In this document: positions 17,823-22,397 of the stretch, one piece after another | How the letters are laid out: each line of letters begins with the position of its first letter | Position numbering within the stretch: the first letter of the stretch is position 1 | DNA from: Aquificaceae bacterium | GTDB lineage: Bacteria > Aquificota > Aquificia > Aquificales > Aquificaceae | Assembly: GCA_037924335.1 (NCBI GenBank) | Contig: JAXSMZ010000007.1 | Location: forward strand, 1-22,397 | Reading direction: 5' to 3' | DNA: 22,397 nt | Program-made: the position numbers and the translations under genes | The notes under the pieces: generated by a model | Told to the model about the DNA's origin: nothing | What the model saw: the letters and a program-made list of their open reading frames with translations, nothing else | The model's database searches: none

Positions 17823-19533
17823 CTACGTAACAGCGGAGGAGAGCATTGAAAGGGTCAAGAGGAAACTAAGCGGAGAGAGGTATTTGTTTCTTGATACAGA
17901 AACTGTAAACGACAGTATAAGGCTCGTGCAGTTGGGCAATGCTCAGGAGATCTTTATCATTGATCTTTTTGATTTAAAGCAGGAGGGTGTGGAATTTTTG
18001 AGAGGTCTGTTAGCGAACAAAGGTATAGTAGGACACAATCTAAAATACGACCTTAAATACCTTTATAGGTACGGCATAGAACCATACGCAGTGTTCGATA
18101 CTATGATAGCCAGTCAGCTTTTGGGAGAGGTCGACAGACATTCTCTGCAAAAGGTTGCCATGCACTATTTAGGAGAGGTTCTTGATAAGAGTTTCCAGCT
18201 CTCTAACTGGGGAAAGACTGTTTTATCAAAAGAACAGTTAGATTATGCGGCTTTGGACGTAAAGGTAGTAAGGGACCTCTTTTATACTCTCATTGAGAGG
18301 TTAAACGATACATATCACGAGGAGGAGATTCTTTTAAAAACTAGAACTTCCAAAGTTTTTGGTATAAAGAACCCAGTGGCTATAATAGAGATGGCTTTTG
18401 TGCAAGAGGTGGCAAAGCTTGAGCTAAACGGTATGCACGTGGATGTTGAAGAGCTAGAAAGGTTGATAAAGGAGAGTAGGAGGACTCTCCAGAAGAAGGT
18501 CATGGATTTTATGGTGCATTATAGGATAGACCCTATGTCTCCAAAACAACTAGGGGACCTTCTCACAAAAAGGATGGGTCTGGACCTTCCAAGAACGGAG
18601 AAGGGGAACATATCCACAGATGACAAGGTTCTTTCCCAGTTTATCGAAAACCAAGCTGTTAGAGAGGTCCTTGACTTACGCGCTATAAAGAAGTACATAG
18701 ACAAATTGGAGGAGATAAAAGAGAACCTCAGGGATGGCGATGTTTACCCTGAATTCAGACAGATAGGAGCTGTGACAGGAAGAATGTCAAGTTTGAATCC
18801 AAACGTACAGAACATACCAAAGAACCTCAGAAGCATCTTCAGGGCAAGGGGAGGGAAGGTTTTTGTTATATCCGATTTTTCTCAAATAGAACTAAGGCTG
18901 GCATGCGAGTATGTAAAAGATAGAAGAATGATAAAGGCTTTCAAGGAAGGAAGGGATATGCACAGATACACTGCAGGCGTACTTTTGGGTAAACCCGAGG
19001 AAGCTATAACTAAGGAAGAGAGACAGTTAGCAAAGGCTGTTAACTTTGGTCTCATATACGGTATATCTGCAAGGGGCCTTTCTGAATATGCAAAGAGCTA
19101 CGGTATAGAGCTATCTTTGGAAGAGGCTAACGAGATAAGGGATAAGTTCTTTCAGTATTTTACAAGCTTCAAAGAATGGCATGAGAGAGTAAAAAGGGAG
19201 CTCAGAGAGTTTAAAGAATCAAGGGGTTATACCCTGCTGGGAAGAAGGTACGTAGCTTATACATTTCCAGATGCAGTAAACTACCCCATACAAGGCTCTG
19301 GTGCAGACCTTTTGAAGCTTTCAGTTCTTATGTTTGATGCAGAGCAAAGGAAGGAGGGACTGGATGCAAGATTGGTTAACCTCGTACATGATGAGATAGT
19401 CCTTGAATGCAAAGAAGAAGATGCTCATAAGGTAAAGGATGTCTTAGAAAGAGCTATGAAGCTTGCGGGCAGGCTTATATTAAAGGAAGTTCCGGCGGAA
19501 GTGGAGAGTACCATATCACAAAGATGGAGGTAG
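17812..19533 (+). CDS. polA: family A DNA polymerase with a 3'-5' exonuclease and no 5'-3' nuclease domain
   Basis: ExoI FLDTET, ExoII HNLKYD, ExoIII YAALD; motif A DFSQIELR, motif B RQLAKAVNFGLIYG, motif C VHDE. Confidence 0.96.
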   Translation: MKYSYVTAEESIERVKRKLSGERYLFLDTETVNDSIRLVQLGNAQEIFIIDLFDLKQEGVEFLRGLLANKGIVGHNLKYDLKYLYRYGIEPYAVFDTMIASQLLGEVDRHSLQKVAMHYLGEVLDKSFQLSNWGKTVLSKEQLDYAALDVKVVRDLFYTLIERLNDTYHEEEILLKTRTSKVFGIKNPVAIIEMAFVQEVAKLELNGMHVDVEELERLIKESRRTLQKKVMDFMVHYRIDPMSPKQLGDLLTKRMGLDLPRTEKGNISTDDKVLSQFIENQAVREVLDLRAIKKYIDKLEEIKENLRDGDVYPEFRQIGAVTGRMSSLNPNVQNIPKNLRSIFRARGGKVFVISDFSQIELRLACEYVKDRRMIKAFKEGRDMHRYTAGVLLGKPEEAITKEERQLAKAVNFGLIYGISARGLSEYAKSYGIELSLEEANEIRDKFFQYFTSFKEWHERVKRELREFKESRGYTLLGRRYVAYTFPDAVNYPIQGSGADLLKLSVLMFDAEQRKEGLDARLVNLVHDEIVLECKEEDAHKVKDVLERAMKLAGRLILKEVPAEVESTISQRWR

Positions 19534-19536
19534 GAG

Positions 19537-20142
19537 TTGATCCTTTTAGAGGACCACCCTTTTGCCCTTGCTTACAGGCTTGTGGAAGAAGGTAAGCTAG
19601 ACCCATGGAATGTGGACATAGTGGAGCTTGCTAGCGCATACGTTGAAGAGATAAAAAGGATGGAGAGTCTCGATATGAGAATTCCCGCAAGGGCCATATT
19701 GGCAGCATCCTTCCTACTGAAGAAGAAGGCAGAGTTTCTTTTCCCGGAAGTAAAGAAAAGGCACGAAAGAAAGAAAGCTTATACGCTTGAGGAGATAGAA
19801 CGTCAGTTTGAAGAGGAAAAAACTCAGATAGAGGACGTCGTCCTTTCTAAAGTGGTAAGGGATGTAAAAAGGACCATAAAAGGTGGTTCCTCGGTGGGTA
19901 AAAGGGAAAGGAAGAGTAAGAAACTTCCCATACATGTATCGAAGTTTGAAGAGGTATTAAAGGAGATGAACGGACTATTCCAACGGGGGTTTGTAAAGCT
20001 TTATTTTTCTGAGCTTGTATCTGGGAAAAGCTCAGCTCCTTACCTTATGGCTTTGATGCTTATGTACTACGATGGGAAAGTGAACTTAATTCAGGAGAGA
20101 CCCTATGATGAGCTTATAGTTGAGATATACACCAATGAATAA
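19537..20142 (+). CDS. scpA: segregation and condensation protein A (SMC kleisin)
   Basis: LDPWNVDIVEL, AASFLLKKKA, C-terminal winged-helix LMALM..GKVNLIQERPYDEL; TTG start. Confidence 0.85.
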   Translation: MILLEDHPFALAYRLVEEGKLDPWNVDIVELASAYVEEIKRMESLDMRIPARAILAASFLLKKKAEFLFPEVKKRHERKKAYTLEEIERQFEEEKTQIEDVVLSKVVRDVKRTIKGGSSVGKRERKSKKLPIHVSKFEEVLKEMNGLFQRGFVKLYFSELVSGKSSAPYLMALMLMYYDGKVNLIQERPYDELIVEIYTNE

Positions 20143-20785
20143 AAAGGTAGTGGGAAGGATATTCTCCGATGTTAGCAGGGTTTACGATTTTTTCCTTAAC
20201 CTCATAACTGCTGGAAGGGTAAACGTATGGCAGAAGGACCTCCTAAGCCTTATGGAAGATGATGATAACAGGCTTGACGTGGGAACTGGAACGGGTGAAA
20301 TGCTCAAAAAATCCAAAAATGAAGGTCTAAAAGTTGGCGTAGACCTGGCTCTGGGCATGCTGAAAGAGGCAAGAAGGAAGTGTCCCCAATGTTATTTTTT
20401 GCTTGCTGATGCCGAGAACATGCCTTTCAAAGACAGCTCCTTTAAAACTATCACCCTTTCCCTCGTTTACAGACATCTGGCAGACAGGGAGGCTTTCCTT
20501 AAGGAAGCTCGCAGGATCCTCAAAAAAGAAGGTGGGATAGGAATACTTGACATTAACAGGATCAAGGGAACTCCACTTCTGTTATTTCTGATGAACTATC
20601 CTTTAAAGCCTTTTGGTCTTTTGATCTTTGGTAGAGAAAAATGGAAGTTTTTTATTGATTCCTTGGAAAACTCTCTTTCCCTTGAGGAAGTAAAGATGTC
20701 AGTAGAGAGGTCAGGATTTAAGGTAGAAAAGCTGGAGAAGAAGTTCTTTGGTTTTGTTTACATACTCAAAGCTAAGAAACTATAA
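20135..20785 (+). CDS. class I SAM-dependent methyltransferase, UbiE/MenG-like
   Basis: RIFSDVSRVYD, LDVGTGTGE, ADAENMPFKDSSF, EARRILKKEG; ATG at 20135 is the likely start. Confidence 0.85.
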   Translation: MNKKVVGRIFSDVSRVYDFFLNLITAGRVNVWQKDLLSLMEDDDNRLDVGTGTGEMLKKSKNEGLKVGVDLALGMLKEARRKCPQCYFLLADAENMPFKDSSFKTITLSLVYRHLADREAFLKEARRILKKEGGIGILDINRIKGTPLLLFLMNYPLKPFGLLIFGREKWKFFIDSLENSLSLEEVKMSVERSGFKVEKLEKKFFGFVYILKAKKL

Positions 20786-20791
20786 ATAATC

Positions 20792-20813
20792 GGAGCTCCA
20801 GAGGAGCTCCAGA
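20792..20813. terminator. hairpin between convergent genes, probable terminator
   Basis: GGAGCTCC-AGA-GGAGCTCC (8-bp stem), also a tandem GGAGCTCCAGA x2; followed by GATTATTT on the minus strand. Confidence 0.55.
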
Positions 20814-20843
20814 AAAGTGAAAGAGATTGGAAAAAGGGAGATA

Positions 20844-22148
20844 TTAAGCAAACATATCCCTGTATAGTCCCTTTGCCCATTCCATATAAGCTTTGTAGTT
20901 GGACTCTTTTGGCTCTTCATCCATCCTAACGTTAGCAAATTCAAATTGTCCTTTGCCCAGGTATTTATAAGTTAGGTCTATCCATATGGCTTCGTCCTTA
21001 GCCACCGCAGAGTAGCAGAGGGTTCTCGGAGGTTCGTAAGGTATCTCCTTACCGGCTATCTTTGCAAGTATGAGCTTTGCTATGTAGTGAGCTTCTGTGT
21101 TTGATGTGTTTCCGCTCTTTGAGAAAGGTTGATTCCTCGCATCACCTGTTACGTAAACCCTTTCATCAGCTACAGAATGGTACTTAAGAGGGTCTATGTC
21201 TGGCCATCTTTCCCCTTTCTTGATAAGGCCAGCACTGTAAACTATGTCAGCTGCCCTGCATATGGGATATATGTTGGCATCATCAAAATCTACGTCTCCG
21301 TATGCTTCCGTTGATACTCTACGTTTGTTAACATCCACAGACTTTATACCCGCATTGGGATAATACTCTACGTACCCTTTAACAAAGTTGTCCCATGCGT
21401 AATGGAATCCCTTTGCCTTAACTGGTGGGTCTGGATGGTTATCTACAATGATCACCTTACCTTTAACTCCATTTTTCTTAAAGTACCATGCCATTAAAGT
21501 AGCCCTTTCGTATGGCCCTGGTAAGCATCTGTAATCAAGACCAGGTGGTATGGTGATCAGGAAACTTCCCTTCTCAAAATTTTGAATTTTTTCCTTTAAC
21601 CTGAGGTGTTCTGAACCGGGTATGAAGGCTGCTGGGTAAAGTTTCTGTACCAGCTCCACATCCTTTGGGTCCTTTATCCAAGGCTCATAATGGTAGTCTA
21701 TACCGGGAGCAAGTACGAGATAATCGTAGCTGATGGTACCTTTTTCTGTGTGAACCTTTCTTGCAGACCTGTCTATACCTACAACAGATGTGCCGTTTAG
21801 AATATGGTATTTGTATTTTGTTGCGGGTGTCAGAAAATCGTGCATGAGAAATTCAAGAGGTACAAGGTCAACAAGCCATAAGTTGCTAACAGGACACGAA
21901 AAAAACTCCTGCCTTTTGTCTATCAGTACTACATCCACGTTAGGATTTCCTTGTTTTATGTACTTAGCGATGGTGAGTCCAGACCATCCTGCTCCAATTA
22001 TGACAACTCTTGGTGAACCAGCTGAAGGCTTTGGAAGGTTTAACTCCTCAGCCTTTCTGGCAAAAGCGGGACTGACGCTTCCAAGTATGGAAGCACTGAC
22101 TATAGCAGCACCAGAAAGCTTAAAAAGGTCACGCCTATTTAACTCCAT
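20844..22148 (-). CDS. fccB: flavocytochrome c sulfide dehydrogenase flavoprotein (FccB/SoxF), Tat-exported
   Basis: Tat motif NRRDLFK; GAGWSG FAD motif; SCPVSN (flavin-linking Cys); YRCLPGPYER and TLCYS (redox-active disulfide Cys); PFSKSG. Confidence 0.88.
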   Translation of the reverse strand: MELNRRDLFKLSGAAIVSASILGSVSPAFARKAEELNLPKPSAGSPRVVIIGAGWSGLTIAKYIKQGNPNVDVVLIDKRQEFFSCPVSNLWLVDLVPLEFLMHDFLTPATKYKYHILNGTSVVGIDRSARKVHTEKGTISYDYLVLAPGIDYHYEPWIKDPKDVELVQKLYPAAFIPGSEHLRLKEKIQNFEKGSFLITIPPGLDYRCLPGPYERATLMAWYFKKNGVKGKVIIVDNHPDPPVKAKGFHYAWDNFVKGYVEYYPNAGIKSVDVNKRRVSTEAYGDVDFDDANIYPICRAADIVYSAGLIKKGERWPDIDPLKYHSVADERVYVTGDARNQPFSKSGNTSNTEAHYIAKLILAKIAGKEIPYEPPRTLCYSAVAKDEAIWIDLTYKYLGKGQFEFANVRMDEEPKESNYKAYMEWAKGLYRDMFA

Positions 22149-22187
22149 ATGTCACACCTCCTTAAGGTTTTCTCCAAGATAATTCCT

Positions 22188-22203
22188 AGCAAACAATGTG
22201 CCA
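22188..22203 (-). promoter_or_regulatory. sigma54 (-24/-12) promoter of fccB
   Basis: Minus strand TGGCAC-ATTGT-TTGCT matches TGGCAC-N5-TTGCW; SD AAGGAGG lies downstream. Confidence 0.9.
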
Positions 22204-22268
22204 TAAAGTAAGCTTTTACTAAAAGTGCCAGACGGTGCTATTTTCAAAAAAAAATAGTCCTGAGATGT

Positions 22269-22307
22269 ATGACAGATATGTCAAAAAGGGCGAGACATTT
22301 CTGTCAT
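22269..22307. promoter_or_regulatory. tandem palindromic enhancer (UAS) sites for a sigma54 activator
   Basis: TGACA-GATA-TGTCA (22270-22283) and AGACA-TTTC-TGTCA (22293-22306), about 100 and 123 bp upstream of the predicted start. Confidence 0.7.
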
Positions 22308-22332
22308 CGGTATTAGAAACTAATCACTGAAT

Positions 22333-22365
22333 ATATAGAAGTTTATAGACGCATATAGAAGTTTA
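22333..22365. repeat. 13-bp direct repeat with 20-bp period
   Basis: ATATAGAAGTTTA at 22333-22345 and 22353-22365. Confidence 0.8.
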
Positions 22366-22381
22366 GAAACATAAAGACCCC

Positions 22382-22387
22382 TTGACA
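22382..22387 (+). promoter_or_regulatory. possible -35 box of a divergent promoter (its -10 would be outside the window)
   Basis: TTGACA at 22382-22387, just downstream of the direct repeats. Confidence 0.4.
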
Positions 22388-22397
22388 CTTTTGGTTG

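Noticed and set aside
22215..22230. Second TGGCAC on the minus strand as another sigma54 promoter
   Set aside because: It is followed by TTTTAGTAAA, with no TTGC at the -12 position.
22311..22370. CRISPR array or iteron interpretation of the terminal repeats
   Set aside because: Only two 13-bp copies with a 7-bp gap; too short and too few, with no cas or rep gene.

Overview
Bacterial chromosomal window, most likely from an Aquificaceae (Hydrogenobacter/Thermocrinis-like) genome; this is inferred from protein signatures and the short, 5'-nuclease-less PolA. The core is a contiguous spc-secY-adk-map-infA-alpha ribosomal protein cluster (rplN to rplQ). It has its own sigma70 promoter, is detached from the S10 operon, and runs straight into yggT and tlyA. 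Next come a small coiled-coil ORF and a 572-aa pseudo-receiver/ODP-like metallo-beta-lactamase-fold protein, then a minus-strand rpsF-ssb-rpsR-rplI-rlmN-lepB run and a divergent argA-polA-scpA-methyltransferase operon. At the right end is a Tat-exported flavocytochrome c sulfide dehydrogenase flavoprotein with a consensus sigma54 promoter and paired palindromic enhancer sites. The first ~125 bp, not covered by the ORF track, look like the 3' end of an internally deleted TnpB (IS200/IS605 family) ORF overlapping a highly structured, possibly pseudoknotted omegaRNA-like right end. No rRNA, tRNA or CRISPR array is seen.
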